The translations under genes were made by a program, and so were the position numbers. From assembly GCF_004010195.1 (NCBI RefSeq), contig NC_057711.1:113315909-113379908 (forward strand): a stretch of DNA of 64,000 nt, read 5' to 3'. The notes beneath the pieces were generated by a model. The model did not search any database. It was given only the letters and a program-made list of their open reading frames with translations, and was not told the DNA's origin. The DNA is from Chiloscyllium plagiosum (Eukaryota). Of this stretch, positions 47,800 to 60,872 are shown one piece after another; the stretch's first letter is position 1, and every line of letters begins with the position of its first letter.

Positions 47800-49830
47800 A
47801 CTTAAATCCTTCATTTCTGATGTAGTCTGCAGAGTTCCACGGCACAAACCACAAGTCACAGTGAATGAGTTTAAAGATGGAGCCGTTAGTGGAGGAACTG
47901 GGGCCAATATCCATGAGGGAAGCAGAAGCTGCTCCAGTATCATTGGGTGCTCAGGTATTCTCAGTGGCAATCAGACCTTTAAGCCAACCCTAGTCAGAGG
48001 CTCCCTTTGTGCACTCTGTTGTTGCGATGGAGAAAGGAAATGATACCTGTGGTTGGATATTCCAATTGGTGATGAGGAGGAAGCTGGACAAATTTGCAAG
48101 AAGACCAGAAACACCCGTTGATCTGGTCATTGAGAACTGCATTAAGGATGCACGGCTGGTATTGGTCTACAGTGGCCTTAAGACAAGAGAACAGCAAGCA
48201 TTTGTAGCACAATGTCTAGATGGGAAAGCCCTTCAGGAAATATTAGGAACTGGTACTGATGGTTAATGAAATCCGCAGCAGATCTTCAAGGTACTGATGA
48301 GCAGCAGAAGTTTATTGAGTGCAAGTAACTTGAAGGAGACAATCTGATAACCGTATTCCTGGAGCTGGTGAAGTTGTTCAAACACATCATCCTCCTGGAT
48401 CCTCCCTTGAAATCAAACTGGGACAGGTAGCTGATGATTGCCTCATGGATACAAAATGAGCTGAGAAGGCTTAATTATGAGAAACTTCAGCTATCTATTG
48501 GTGATGTGCGGAATCACATCATTCAGATCGTAGGGAAAGATTGTGAACGCTAACCTGAGGAAAGAGGCTAACAGCAGGGAGGAGAATGTCAGTCAGAAGG
48601 GAATGCAGACCGCAGACTGAAGAAGCAGTTGGAACAGATTATTGCACAGCGAGTGCAGATCCAGTCCTTGCTGTTCTATCTCCACAATATGCCTCAGGGA
48701 TGATTCCACCCAAGGTGTGCTGCAAAGAGGTTTTGGAATTATGGCAAGGCTGGACATATCAAACAAAACTGCCCTCAACAACCACAGCCACCATTATCAT
48801 TCAGTATGGGATCCCTGTCCAGTGCATTCTCTTCTTACCAGACATTTAACTAGTTGGGCCTCCCATCGAGAGTGGTAGGGGTGGGGTATGGAGGGCTCGT
48901 TCAGGAAAAGGTTCAGTCTTTGATGTGGAAACAGGGAGTTATCCTCCAATGAACATTAAATTTGGCAAGGTACAGGCATCATATCTAAATGACACAAGTG
49001 TAGAAGTGTGGCTATTACCATATTTTGTGTGATGTGAGCACCTTTGAGAGATGAGGGAGCGATTGATGTCTCTTCCTTCATCTGGGTCTCTGTTTTGCAG
49101 GGGTCAGACATCATCTATTGTGGCATTATTGAGCTTACTCCATCTATTCTCCATCACACTATTCATGTACTGGGGTTTCTGAGTAGACCACGACTCAATT
49201 AATAACCCAATGAAAGTAAGAAAGTTGCAATTAAGCAAAATGTTCAGGTTGAATGTGTTAAGAGATACCTGGGTATCCTTGGAAAGCATGTATGGTAATT
49301 AGAATGAGCAGCACATTACAAGATCGGCTGTTGGGAGTCAGTAGTCTTTGACTTTGTTCCACGCATTCATGCTGAATTAGCCCTTAATGGACCCTTAAAC
49401 TGTTCAAGCAGGGAATCACTTGTTCATTTACCTGCTGCAACATTACTGCTCTTGAAGGCTCATGCCAGCCATCTCCAACTGTCATCATCAGGCCTTGCTA
49501 GGGTGTCACATCACATGGAACAGAGCTTCCACTTGGTGTACCCCTGGTAGCCACTCTCTCACTATGGGAAAAATGGCAAATGTACCATGCAGATTACTAA
49601 TTTCAGCGACAAAGGTGTTCCTCTCCAATCAAGACACCCATATCTGTCCTTGAAACTGCCAGTGCTGCATTGGACTGACTGGAGGAGATATTTCTAACCT
49701 GATTTTAAAGACAGACATTGGCAAATTGGAAGAGGTTCAGAGAAGGGAGCTTGTTTCTATTCTAACGAAGTACAGGATAATTTTCAGTCAAAATGATGAT
49801 AGTATTAGGTATTGTGATTTGGTGAGGCTC
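47800..49830 (+). mobile_element. Decayed Ty3/Gypsy gag-pro-pol start (second family)
   Basis: ORF 48009..48266 RRKLDKFARRPETPVDLVIENCIKDA…EQQAFVAQCLDGKALQEI is Gag capsid-like. YLNDTSVEV near 48983-49010 is protease-like. QRRELVSILTKYRIIFSQNDDSIRYCDLV near 49738-49825 resembles the pre-RT linker. Confidence 0.7.
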
Positions 49831-50384
49831 AGGATTCTTGAGAGAAAGAGGGACAACAGAGAGTTGGAGGGACAGAGAAAGGATTTCCTCAACCCAATAT
49901 GAATTCAAGGTTTAATATATCCAAATGATCTATTTTCCTGGTTTAACCTCAATTTACCTCATGATTATAAGGCTTGGTGATAGTGAAATAAACAATCTAT
50001 GCTTCATGATTTTTAGGCTGTCTGTATGCTTAAATTTCACAGTTCAGGTTAAAAAGAAGGTGAGGAAATAGCAGCTACTTTAACAGTAAACTTCTAACAC
50101 ATTCCTGATTCATTAAATGTCCACTTGGAATGAATGTTTTTTCCAAATGTAAGTACGTTATAAAAATGTGAGAGAGATTGAGCTTGGTACTTTAGTCCTC
50201 TTAGCCAAACATTTGTTGTGGGAAGTTATTGGAAACTATAAGAACAGATCGGGTGAGCACTTAAAGAAATCTAAGCATATTTGAAAGAATCAATATGGCT
50301 TTATAAAGAGTCAATAATATTTAACAAACTAATTAACATTCATGGCAAGGGAAGGGGGATTTTTTTTTTAAATGCTCAAATGCT

Positions 50385-51535
50385 CATTCACACGATGGCT
50401 AGGCCAGAATTTATTGCACATCACTGATTGCCTTTGTGAAGATCCTGGTGAACAGCCTTTTGATTTAATGCAGTCCATGAAATTTTAGCAAACCCATAGC
50501 GTTGTTAGGAAGTGAGTTCCAGGATTTTAGATCAGAGTTCAATTGATCTGTGGTATAAAAAGAAATGTAAAATTTCCCATGTATCAGTCACCCTTACCTT
50601 TGCAGGTAGTAGAGATTGTGGGTTTGGAAGCTGCTATCATATTGGTGAGTTTTTGCAGTGCATCTTGTGGATGGTACACACTGCTGCTACTGTGCAGCAT
50701 TGGAGAATGGAGTGATGTTCATTGCCTGAGATGTGGTACTAATCAAATGGACTGAATTGTTCTGGATGGTGTCAAGGTTTGGGTGTTGTTAAGGTTTGAG
50801 TGTTGATGGAGCTGCACTCATCCAGGCTAGTGGGGAGTATTCCATCATACTCTTGACTTGTGCCTTGTAGATGGTGAACAACTTGATGAGTCAGGAGTAG
50901 AATTTCTTGCCACATAATTCCCAACTTCTTGACTTGCACTTGCGCTCACAATATTTATGTGCAGTTAAGTTTCTGGCCAATGATGACCTCCTGGATGTTT
51001 ATAGTAGGAGAGTCAGTGATGGGATCATCATTGCAGGTCAAGGGATGAAAATTAGATTCTCTCTTGTTGGAAATGGCTATTTCCCAGAACAAGTGTAACA
51101 TGAATGTTATTTCAGCCTAAGTCTGCATGTTGTCCAGGCCTTGCTGCAATTGGACATGGGCTTACTTCAGTATTTTAGGAGTCTTAAATGAGGTTGGATA
51201 TTGTGCAATCATCAGTGAATATCCCCAACTCTGACCTTAAGATAGAGTGAAGGTCACCACTGAAGCAGCTGAAGATGGTTGGGCCTGGGACACTACCCTG
51301 AGGGAAAACCACAAGCATTTTCTTTTTTCTAGACGTATGACTCCAACCAGTGGAGAACTTCATTCCTGATTCCCATTTGGTCTAGTTTCGTTCAGGCTCC
51401 TTGGTGAAGTACTCTGTTTTGATGTCAAGGGCAGTTTCTCTAAATTTGTCTCTGGTGTCCTCTTTCATCCATCTTTGAAATAAAACTGTAATGAGGTGAG
51501 GAGCCCACTGGAACTGACAGACTCCAAACTGAGTG
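50385..51535 (-). mobile_element. CR1-clade LINE RT fragment
   Basis: Homologous to 52075-53015. The GSVPGPTIFSCF-like RT motif appears near 51260-51300. Confidence 0.75.
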
Positions 51536-51544
51536 TGATAATAA

Positions 51545-52070
51545 TGAAAACAAAGAATTACAAATGCTGGAAATCTGAAACAAAACCAGAAAATGCTGGT
51601 CAAACTCAGCAGGTTTGGCAGTGTCTGTAGAGAGAAAAACAGAGTTAACATTTTGAGTCCAGTGACCCTTCATCAGAACTGAAAAATAGAGGGTGGTTTT
51701 TGTGTTGATGACGGGGATGGGGCTGGTGGGGGTGTGGGAGAGAGAGAATACAGTACATGGAGATGGTATTGAGAGAGTGTGAGAGAGAGAGAGAGAAAGA
51801 GACAGACAGACAGACAGACAAACAGAGGGGATAGGCAAACAAAGAGATTGCTGGCAATTACCTGAGAGAGAGATAATTGCTCTGTATAGTGCTAATAGAA
51901 GTGTAAATGGTTGAAAATAGGTTGACTATACTGGGAGCAGCCCACACAAAACAGAACCTGGGCTTAATGAACAAGGACGAGGGTGTTCACATTCTGTAAT
52001 TGTTAAACTCAATGTCGGGGGATGACGGTTGTAAGGTAGAAGATGAGGTGTTGTTCCTCCAACTTCCATG
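51545..52070 (-). mobile_element. Penelope-like 3' end (different family) with hammerhead-like core and GA/GACA microsatellite
   Basis: Minus strand AGTT-CTGATGA-A-GGGTC-ACTG-GACTC-AAAATGTT-AACT (51643-51680). EEQHLIF…LQP…IEFNN endonuclease-tail-like sequence at ~51995-52060. Confidence 0.8.
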
Positions 52071-52074
52071 TTAT

Positions 52075-53015
52075 TTATTCATTTGTGGAACATGGGCATT
52101 GCTGGCTGGCCAGGATTTATTGCCCGTCGCTAGTTGCCTTTGAGATAGTGGTGATGAGCTGCATTCTTGAACCGCTGTAGTCCACCTGTTGTGAGTTGAC
52201 CCACAATGCCATTAGGGAGGGAATTCTAAGATTTTGACCGAGCGACAGTGAAGAAATGGTGATATATTTTCAAGTCAGGATGATGAGTGGCTTGGAGAGG
52301 AACTTGTTCCCATATATCAGCTGCCCTTTTTCCTTCTAGATGAAAATGGTTGTGGGTTTGGAAGGTGCTGTTTAAGGATCTTTGGTGAATTCCTGCAGTG
52401 CATCTTGTAAATAGTATACATTACTGCTACTGAGCATCGATGTTTATAGATGTAGTGTCAAAAAAGTGGGCTGTTTTGTGCTGGATGGTGTTAAGCTTCT
52501 TGAGTGTTATTGGTGCTGCATTCATATGGGGAAGTGGGGAGTATTCCATCACACCCCTGATTTGTGCCTTGGAGATGGTGGACAAACATTGGACAGACAG
52601 GACTTGAATTACTCCCTGTGGTATTCCTAGCCTTTGACCTGCTCTTGTAGTCACTTTGTTTATATGGTGAGCCAAGTTGAGTTTCTGGTCAATGATAACC
52701 CTCAGGATGTTGATAGTGGGGGCTTCAGTGATGGCAACATCATTGAATGTCAAGGGGTGGTGGTTAGATTGTCTCTTATTGGTGATGGTTATAGCCTGAT
52801 GTGAATGTTACTTGCCACTCGTCAGCCCAAACCTGAATTTTGTCTAGCTCTTATCCAGATCTTTGGACATGGACTGCTTTAGTACCAAATAGTGCTGAAC
52901 ATTGTGCAATCTTCAGTGAACATCCACACTTCTGACCTTATGATGGAGGGAAGGTCATTGATGAAGCAGCTGAAGATAACTCCTGCAGAGATATCCTGGA
53001 ACTGAGATGACTGAC
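52075..53015 (-). mobile_element. CR1-clade LINE RT + 3' end
   Basis: ORF 52427..52753 INILRVIIDQKLN…HINKVTTRAGQRLG…KAQIRGVMEYSPL. Confidence 0.85.
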
Positions 53016-53019
53016 CATG

Positions 53020-53710
53020 TCACAGGCTCGAAAGAGTCGCTCCAGTAATTCTATTATGTAGTGTAACAATGGTGACTTCCTCCTTTTGTTGGAAAAACCT
53101 CCCCTTGAGGAGGTTCAGAGACCTACACTTGGTGTCCATAAACTAACTCAAATAGCATAAAGCCAGTAGACCCATTGGGAAAGTCCCTGGTGATAAACAA
53201 ATGAATATCTAATCTCTTATCCCAGTCATGGAGGTAAGTGTGGTAGGATGTCCTAATCATTATTTTTAAGGTCTGATGGTACTGTTCTAATGCTCCATGT
53301 GACTCTGAGTGATACACTGAGGGATGTATGCTGGGTGACACCCAGTTATTCATAAACTCCACAAACACAAAATGGGTGAAGAATTGGGTCGATTTCCTCA
53401 TGACAGTTTTGATGGATTATCTTTCTCAGAGGGATATTTTCAGGAAAATGAATAGCTATGTCTGTGATGGTAAGTCTACATTGGGAACTCCCTTTTCATC
53501 AAAACAGGGGTCACAGTCCACTAACACCTGACTGAATGGTTCCCCAAAAGCTGGCACATGAATTGTAGGTGCATGTTTTATTGCGGGTTGGGGTCTCCCC
53601 ACAACATGATAGGTGTGACAGGCATCTGTGGAACCTCACCACATCCTTGTGAAGTGGTGGCCAGCAAAATTACTGACTGTAGTGGGCTTGGGTTTTGTTA
53701 GACTGACGTG
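53020..53710 (-). mobile_element. Ty3/Gypsy integrase fragment
   Basis: ORF 53123..53401 SVYHSESHGALEQYHQTLKIMIR…DWDK…STGFMLFELVYGHQV matches the Gypsy integrase core and GPY/F region. Confidence 0.85.
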
Positions 53711-56464
53711 TCTAGTCATCAACGTTTTGTGACCCACCTCGAATATTTCCCAACCATGCCTCATCCTTCTTGCTGCCAAAGTGCAGAACCTCATATTTGT
53801 CTCTGTTTTACTCCATCTGTGAAACATTTGCTCACTCACCCAACTTGTCCAAATCGTACTGAAGTTTCTCCGCATCCTCCTCACAGTTTACCCTCCCACC
53901 TAGCTCTGTGTCATGGAATTCCTATCTTCTAATGTCGCCATCAAATTTACACGGCTGGTCCAGTTCATCTTCTGGTCAAGGTAAGAAATTTATACGATGT
54001 AGAACATCAGTGGATATCATTTATTTGAAATTCCAGATATATTCAGGTTTGCTATCGATGACAAATTGGTAGGATAATCAATATTGTAGACCAGAGAACA
54101 AGATTACCAATGAACGACTGATAGATTAAGCAAATGAATAAAACTGCAGCCAATGGACAGACATAAACAAGAGCAAGTGTGATGTAATCAATTTTGTGTT
54201 TAAAATGGATAGTCCCAATATTATTGTGATTCCATCCTGCTACATCCTTGCTTGCCATCAAGTGAATGCCAGCAGCACTGGGACGAGGTCTCTCACTGGA
54301 CATTAATTTCCTCCTTAATGGCTCCACCTGGGATTGTTGGGAATGAAGGCCTTCCATAAACAAATCTCTACTCTGTGAACTTAATTGAGGAAGAGGTCAG
54401 GAGGCAGTGGGGTAACCCACCCACCACTATCCCACCTGATTAATGCCCCCATCCCTTCCCTTAAACCTTCCCTGGGGAAGAACTTCAAGTTCCATCGAAG
54501 GGAAGGAGATCAAGAGAGGAACAGAAACAAGATGGGAGAGAGATGAGAGAGATGTGGAGAGTGATGAAGAACAAGAGTGAGCAAGAGGGAGCTAAAGCAA
54601 CAGAGTCGGATTAAAAGAGTGTGCAAGTGAAAATAGAAAGATCAAAAGAAATTGACAGCAAATGAGAAACAAAATAAGACAGAGAAGATCAATGGTAAGA
54701 AATTTGGTGCCAGTCTTATGTGTTAAAATATTCACAGGTTTTAATACTTTGCTGTGCGCAAATGAACCCTTTGTGATATTACAGTATTGTACAGCTAATG
54801 AAGTACCACTAGATGGGGACATTTCACATGGGAACTATCAGTGTCAGCTAACCATTGTACCCTGGATGTTCAGTTTACTACACATCCCTGCTGGAGATAT
54901 AAATCAGGCAGTAGCAAGACAGCCAATCAATCTATAAGAACAGTTTCTCCTCCTGATGATGACAACCTCACCCATGCGCTGCTTATTTGTTTGAGGACAC
55001 ATGTCTTCATGGTGGCCACGTGACTTATTCATACTTTCTGAGGTATACTGCTTTGGTACCCATGGCTCAATGGGTAGAGCTTTCACCTTGTATTCTGAGA
55101 GCTATAGGTTCTAGTCCCACTCCAGAAACCTGAGAGCAAATGTTAGGAGGATACTCCAGTGTTGTACTATATGAGGTAAATGCAAAAGATCCTACAAATA
55201 GCATAGAGTCGTAGAGATGTACTTGGTCTGCTTTTGTGATGTTGGCTGAGGGATAAATATTGACCAGAAGACTGGAGAGAGAACACCCGATTCTTCTTTA
55301 ACATAATGAGAAGATATTTTGTGTATCTACTTGAAAGAGATGTGACTTCAGTTTGAAATCTTATTGGAAAGACTCTACAAGATTTTAATATCAAAAATTA
55401 TTCCCTGGCTTGTCGAGTTCTCAGCAGCTGTGGTCAAGGATAACTCCTCAACTCAGATGCACTCAAATGAAGAATGATTCAACAATGTATGAGGATGAGA
55501 GTGGAATTGGTGCCACTACTGCAGTGTGCACCCAGACAGGTCAGCCCAAAATCTGGCTATAATTTGTCTCTGGGTAGAATTGGGCAATGAATTCCAAACT
55601 TTGCAAGCCAGCAACTGCAGGCATGGTCACAAATGGGTGAACAGTATAAATTAGGCATTCAAGGAAAAGGAAGAAAAACAAGCATTTATTTAACACCTTT
55701 CCCAATCTCAGGTTATCCCAGAGCGGTGGACAGCCAATGAAATATTACAAGCATAATGAAATGTAGCAACTGATTTGTGCACAGCAGGCTCCCATAAACA
55801 GCAATGAGATATTGTATGATGTAATATAATGTTATCTTATTAGAATAACCTGTTTCAATGTTGTTCATTGAGGGTTAACTAATTATCAAGACACCAGGGA
55901 TAACTGCCCTTCTCTTCTTTGAATGAGTACCATGGGATCTTTTGAATCCAACTGCGATTGGAGTCTTGGTTTAATGCCTTGAAAAGATGTCACCATAACT
56001 TGCACTGAGCTGTAAACCTAGTTCTTTGTATTCAAAAATCTGGAGTGTAGGTTCCCTGAGAGTTGTAGGGCTGGAGGAGGAAGGGCCAAGATTTTAGAGG
56101 GATCGAGTACAAAATAAGGAATCAAAAATAACACTTGCCCAATCCGTATGATGAATTAAGGATGAAAAGAATGAAATAAATGGGCATTTGGCAGTTTCTA
56201 TGGTAACAGATGTTAAAAGTAGGTTCCATCCTTTTGATGTCAGGAAGCTGGGAGGTGTGCCACTCAGAAAACAATATCCTTGTTAACATACTTCAGAGTG
56301 TGGTTAACAATTAGTTCTCAGGAGCAATACTGATTTCGTATAAACACTGCATGAATAAAGACTGCCAAGAACTCCTACATAGAAGGAAAAATGTTTCACG
56401 TAGAGGGTGATGAGCATTAGCAACTGTAAGGGTGAAAGAGACAGAAACCCTCATAACATTTAAG

Positions 56465-57530
56465 AACTAGAATTAGTATTAGCTTCATTGTCACATGTCA
56501 CATGAGTTCAGTGAAATGTTTATAAGCTGCTACATACAGCACCATCTTAGGTTCAAAGGTATAAATTCATAAGTACAAATTCCTAGGGAAACAAAATAAT
56601 TAGAAAAATAAAGAAATAAAAAGTCCTGCATTATAGATCATAGGAATATAATAGACAAATAAAGAAATAAAATGTTCAGAAGAACAGTCCTTCCAACCCA
56701 GTCCACGCCAATAGTTGACATCGGGATAGGACACTGCCACACTGGGCCAGCGAGAGATCGCTATGTTGGGCTGAGATTGTCACACTGGGCCTGCGAGAGA
56801 TCGCTATGTTGGGCTGAGATTGTCACACTGGGCCTGCAAGAGATCGCTATGTTGAGCTGAGATTGTCACACTGGGCCTGCGAGAGATCGCTATGTTGAGC
56901 TGAGATTGTCACACTGGGCCAGCGAGAGATCGCTATGTTGGGCTGAGATTGTCACACTGGGCCAGCAAGAGATCGCTATGTTGGGCTGAGATTGTCACAC
57001 TGGGCCTACGAGAGATCGCTATGTTGAGCTGAGATTGTCACACTGGGCCAGCGAGAGATCGCTATGTTGGGCTGAGATTGTCACACTGGGCCAGCGAGAG
57101 ATCACTATGTTGGGCTGAGATTGTCACACTGGGCCAGCAAGAGATCGCTATGTTGGGCTGAGATTGTCACACTGGGCCTGCGAGAGATCGCTATGTTGAG
57201 CTGAGATTGTCACACTGGGCCAGCGAGAGATCGCTATGTTGGGCTGAGATTGTTTAACTGGGCCAGCAAGAGATCGCTATGTTGGGCTGAGATTGTCACA
57301 CTGGGCCTGCGAGAGATCGCTATGTTGGGCTGAGATTGTCACACTGGGCCAGCGAGAGATCGCCATATCAGGCCAGGAGATCATCACAGCAGGCTGGGAG
57401 ACAGCCGAGCTGGTCCAAGAGGATGTCACTCCGGACTGAGAGGACACCATGCCAAGCCAAAAGATCACCATGCTGGACGAGAGACTGCCATGCTGGGTCT
57501 GCGCTGCGACGAAGAGTCCAAGTCCCCCAG
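56465..57530 (-). mobile_element. Non-coding retro-element with Rex1/Babar-like tail hosting a minisatellite
   Basis: The minus strand ends cctaagatggtgc…tttcactgaactcatgtgacatgtgacaatgaagctaatactaattctag, with a T-rich linker and a GC-rich periodic body upstream. Confidence 0.6.
56738..57363 (+). repeat. 43-bp minisatellite, ~14.5 copies
   Basis: The unit cacactgggccagcgagagatcgctatgttgggctgagattgt starts at 56738, 56781, 56824 … 57340. Confidence 0.97.
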
Positions 57531-58576
57531 CCCTGAGGTATTTAGATGTACACTTGCGATGCCAAAGCATACAAGGCTATGGGCCAATTGCTGGGAAATG
57601 TGACCAAAATAGTTAGGTGGCTGTTTTTCACCGGCATTGACACAATGGGCCAAAGGCTGGAGATCTCTACAACTCTGTGACCCATCGGAGATGTATTGTG
57701 CTATAAAGGAGGAAAAATACAAAGAATGTTTTGCACCAAAAAGGGAGGTGGTTGATGAGATTGGTTTCTACAGCAACAAATAAACCAATCAATCAATGGA
57801 CGAAAAGTTTCTGCCAATCATAAAGAAACAAGAGCATGAATAGACCATTTAACATTCCAAGCTTTCTCTGCCAAGAAGTAAGATCATGGCTGTGCTTCCA
57901 TGCATTTATGTCTTGTATGTGCTAAATGACTAAAAATTCACACCTCTCTGGGACAAAGAATTCCAATGTTCACAACTCTTCGAAGAAATTTATCCCCCTC
58001 AGACTGAAATGGCTGAGTCCTTATTCTGAGACAGAGGAAGGATGGGGTGGAGGGGGAGAAGGATGGGGAGAGGAGACAGGGTCAGCTTCACTTTCTACAT
58101 TGGCTGTTCATGGCTTAGTGATTAAAAGCCCAGATAGTGACAGTGTAGCAGGAGGTTGACTCTCTCCAACTTGTACCTTTAACTGCAGCGCTTTGGGCTT
58201 TGTGTGAGCAAGCCTTCTTCAGTGATACTGGCAATTTAAATCCATGAAGCAGTTCAGTAAAAGCAATTTTAACAGGGGGGCTGGGGGAATCAAATGTGGG
58301 TCACAGGTTTCCAGGGCTTCCTGGAAATAGCCGATGAAAAGGAGACAAGAGGGCAGCTCAAATCAAATGGGTTAAAAATAGTGACCCAAAATTTCCAGAA
58401 TTACTGAATTATCACTCCTGATTCTGTGAAAGATATTAGCTCAAAATGTATGTAAATTCTGTACTTTACACATTATTTCTATGATTTGGAAAGCCAAGTT
58501 CACTACTTGGCTAGTTTGATCTCCATTTTACATTCTTGATAGATCAGATCAGCACGATTGCTACTTATACTGAGCT

Positions 58577-58746
58577 AGGCGAAAATGAGGACTGCAAATG
58601 TTGGAGATTAGATTCAAGAATGTGGTGGTGGAAAAGCACAGCAGGTCAGGCAGCATCCGAGGAGCAGGAGAATGAACATTTTAGGCAAAAGCGCTTCATC
58701 AGCCCATTCCTGATGAAGGGCTTTTGCCCGAAACGTCGATCTCCTG
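58577..58746. mobile_element. Penelope-derived fold-back insertion with 13-bp TSD and intact hammerhead core
   Basis: TSD cttatactgagct at 58564-58576 and 58747-58759. CTGATGAAGGGCTTTTGCCCGAAACGTC at 58710-58737, with a decayed inverted copy at 58675-58702. Confidence 0.88.
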
Positions 58747-58960
58747 CTTATACTGAGCTGTCTTGTCTTGGGTGTAAGACAAGGAACTAGATGGTCTAAA
58801 TTGTTTTGCTACATCTATCAGGACGTAGTTGAATGTTGAATTCTTTTCTCGCACAAACAGATATAAATATCTCCCTGAGGATCTTTATACACAGCATTAA
58901 ATCTGCGATAGGGTATCCTTGACCTGAGGGAGGCTTGCTGGGACTACTTTACAAAATCTA

Positions 58961-59081
58961 TGATTTGGAGATGCCGGTGTTGGACTGGGGTGTACAAAGT
59001 TAAAAATCACACAACACCAGGTTATAGTCCAACAGGTTTAATTGGAAGCACACTAGCTTTCGGNNNNNNNNNNCACATGTC
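58961..59081 (-). mobile_element. Penelope-like terminus (third family), interrupted by a gap, with 10-bp TSD
   Basis: Minus strand ccGAAAGCTAgtgtgcttccaattaaacctgttggactataacctggtgttgtg. TSD acaaaatcta at 58951-58960 and 59082-59091. Confidence 0.75.
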
Positions 59082-60289
59082 ACAAAATCTACAACTCTTG
59101 TTCCCGAACTCTTAAATCCTTTATGTTTGCAATGTCCCTTTAAATAAATCCACATCACACTCACACTAAATTCAGAAGCAAATGCAGTGGTTAGATAAAA
59201 ACAAAGTAAAGGTGTGCTCTTATATTCTAGTCCCCTGTGTTTCAGCCATCTCACCCTGACTGCTCCCAGCCTGTCATTAAGCTAAAACTAACTTCCTCCA
59301 TGACTCTGACCTCTAGATTCCCCAGCTAAGGCTTGGTTGCAGGCAGCTCAGCATGTACACCCTTCACAGCAGTTGATTATCTTGTACACCAAATATTGTA
59401 ATATTAAACATGATTTAAAATAAAACTCCTTTAATTCTTTGCCATGCAAATTAACAAACATGGAGCCAACATAAAACTGCCCAGGTGGTCCTGCACTCTG
59501 ATTGGCTAGTGTAATTGTCACTGGCCTGAAAACAATTCTTACCAGGGTCAACTTGTGCAGGATGCTGTGACCTTTCTATTTACAGAACCCAGCTCACATC
59601 TGGTAGAAATTAGGCATTTTCCAAGCGATTACTTGCCAGAGTTGAAGGTGAGGATACACATCTGGCCTTTCTGAAGAATTTTATTTTAACAATGATGAGC
59701 TGATGTTAATACTGTTCAATAGTAATAGAGAATATTAGGAATATGAGGTAACTGCCCTCCAAGTGCACACATATTCACAAACATGCAAATTTGAACATAA
59801 AAGCTTGTACACATGCACGATTGCACATACATGTAGGCACATCCACACATATGAATGCATGCACACAATTAAACCACATGAACCCATCACACGCAGTAAC
59901 ACTAGACTTAGTAGAGGAGCTCAAAGTTGTGAGGACGTTTGTTAAGCAAGTAAGGATAAATTGTTTCCAAGAGTGGAAAGAACATTAACTAGAAGTTTAA
60001 AGTTAATTGACAAAGAACTTGTGCATGCAATATTGTCTCTTACAAAACAAATTGTTGTGATTTGAATCACTGTCTGAAAGAGTGATGGAAGCACAGACAA
60101 TAATAGCTATCCAAAAAAAAATTGAATAAGTTCATAACTCTCCAAAGTTTGCCTTTTATGGACAAAATGACTTCATAAAGGATCCTCCAGGTAATAAGAC
60201 ACAAGACCATAAGACACAGGGGCAGAAATTAGGCCACTCGGCCCATCAAGTCTGCTCCACCATTCAATCATGGCTGATAGGTTTTTCAA

Positions 60290-60872
60290 GGAGAAAGTGA
60301 GGACTGCAGATGCTATCCTCTACATCAGGGAGATAGGACACCTACTTGCAGATCGTTTCAGTGAACATCTCTGGGACACCTGCACCAACCAACCCCACCA
60401 TCTCATGGCTGAATGCTTCAACTCTCCCTCCCACTCTGTCAAGGACATGCAAGTCCTGGGCCTCTTCCATCACCAAAGCCTTACCACCCGACGCAAGGAG
60501 GAAGAATGCCTCAAATTCTGCATTGGGACCCTGCAACCACAGGAAGTCAATATGGATTTCAACAGTTTCCTCATTTTCCCTCCCCCCACATTATCCCAGT
60601 CCCAAGCCTCCAACTCAGCACCAACTCCTAACCTGTCCATCACCTTTTCCATTTATCCTCTCCACCCTCCTCTCCGACCTATCACCTCTCCCTCACCTTC
60701 ATCTACTTATCGCATTCCCAGCTACCTTCCCCCCCACTCCACCCCCCTCCCAATTATCTCTCAGCCTCCCTGGCCCAGAAATCTCATTCCTGATGAATGC
60801 CCCAAAATCGATTCTCCTGATCCTTGGATGCTGCCTGAGCTGCTGTGCTTTTCCAGCACTACACTCTCGACT
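60290..60872 (+). mobile_element. Penelope-like element 3' part (GIY-YIG endonuclease C-half + terminal repeat) with short 5' inversion and 16-bp TSD
   Basis: ORF 60270..60974 LYIREIGHLLADRFSEHL…FNSPSHS…GTLQPQEVNMDF is a decayed YIGET.R.L..RF.EH motif. The inverted terminus gagaaagtgaggactgcagatgct is at the 5' end. Direct repeats ctga(t/c)aggt(t/a)tttcaa at 60274-60289 and 60873-60888. Confidence 0.9.

Noticed and set aside
56738-57363. 43-bp array as a CRISPR array
   Set aside because: The units are contiguous with no unique spacers, there are no cas genes, and the context is vertebrate.
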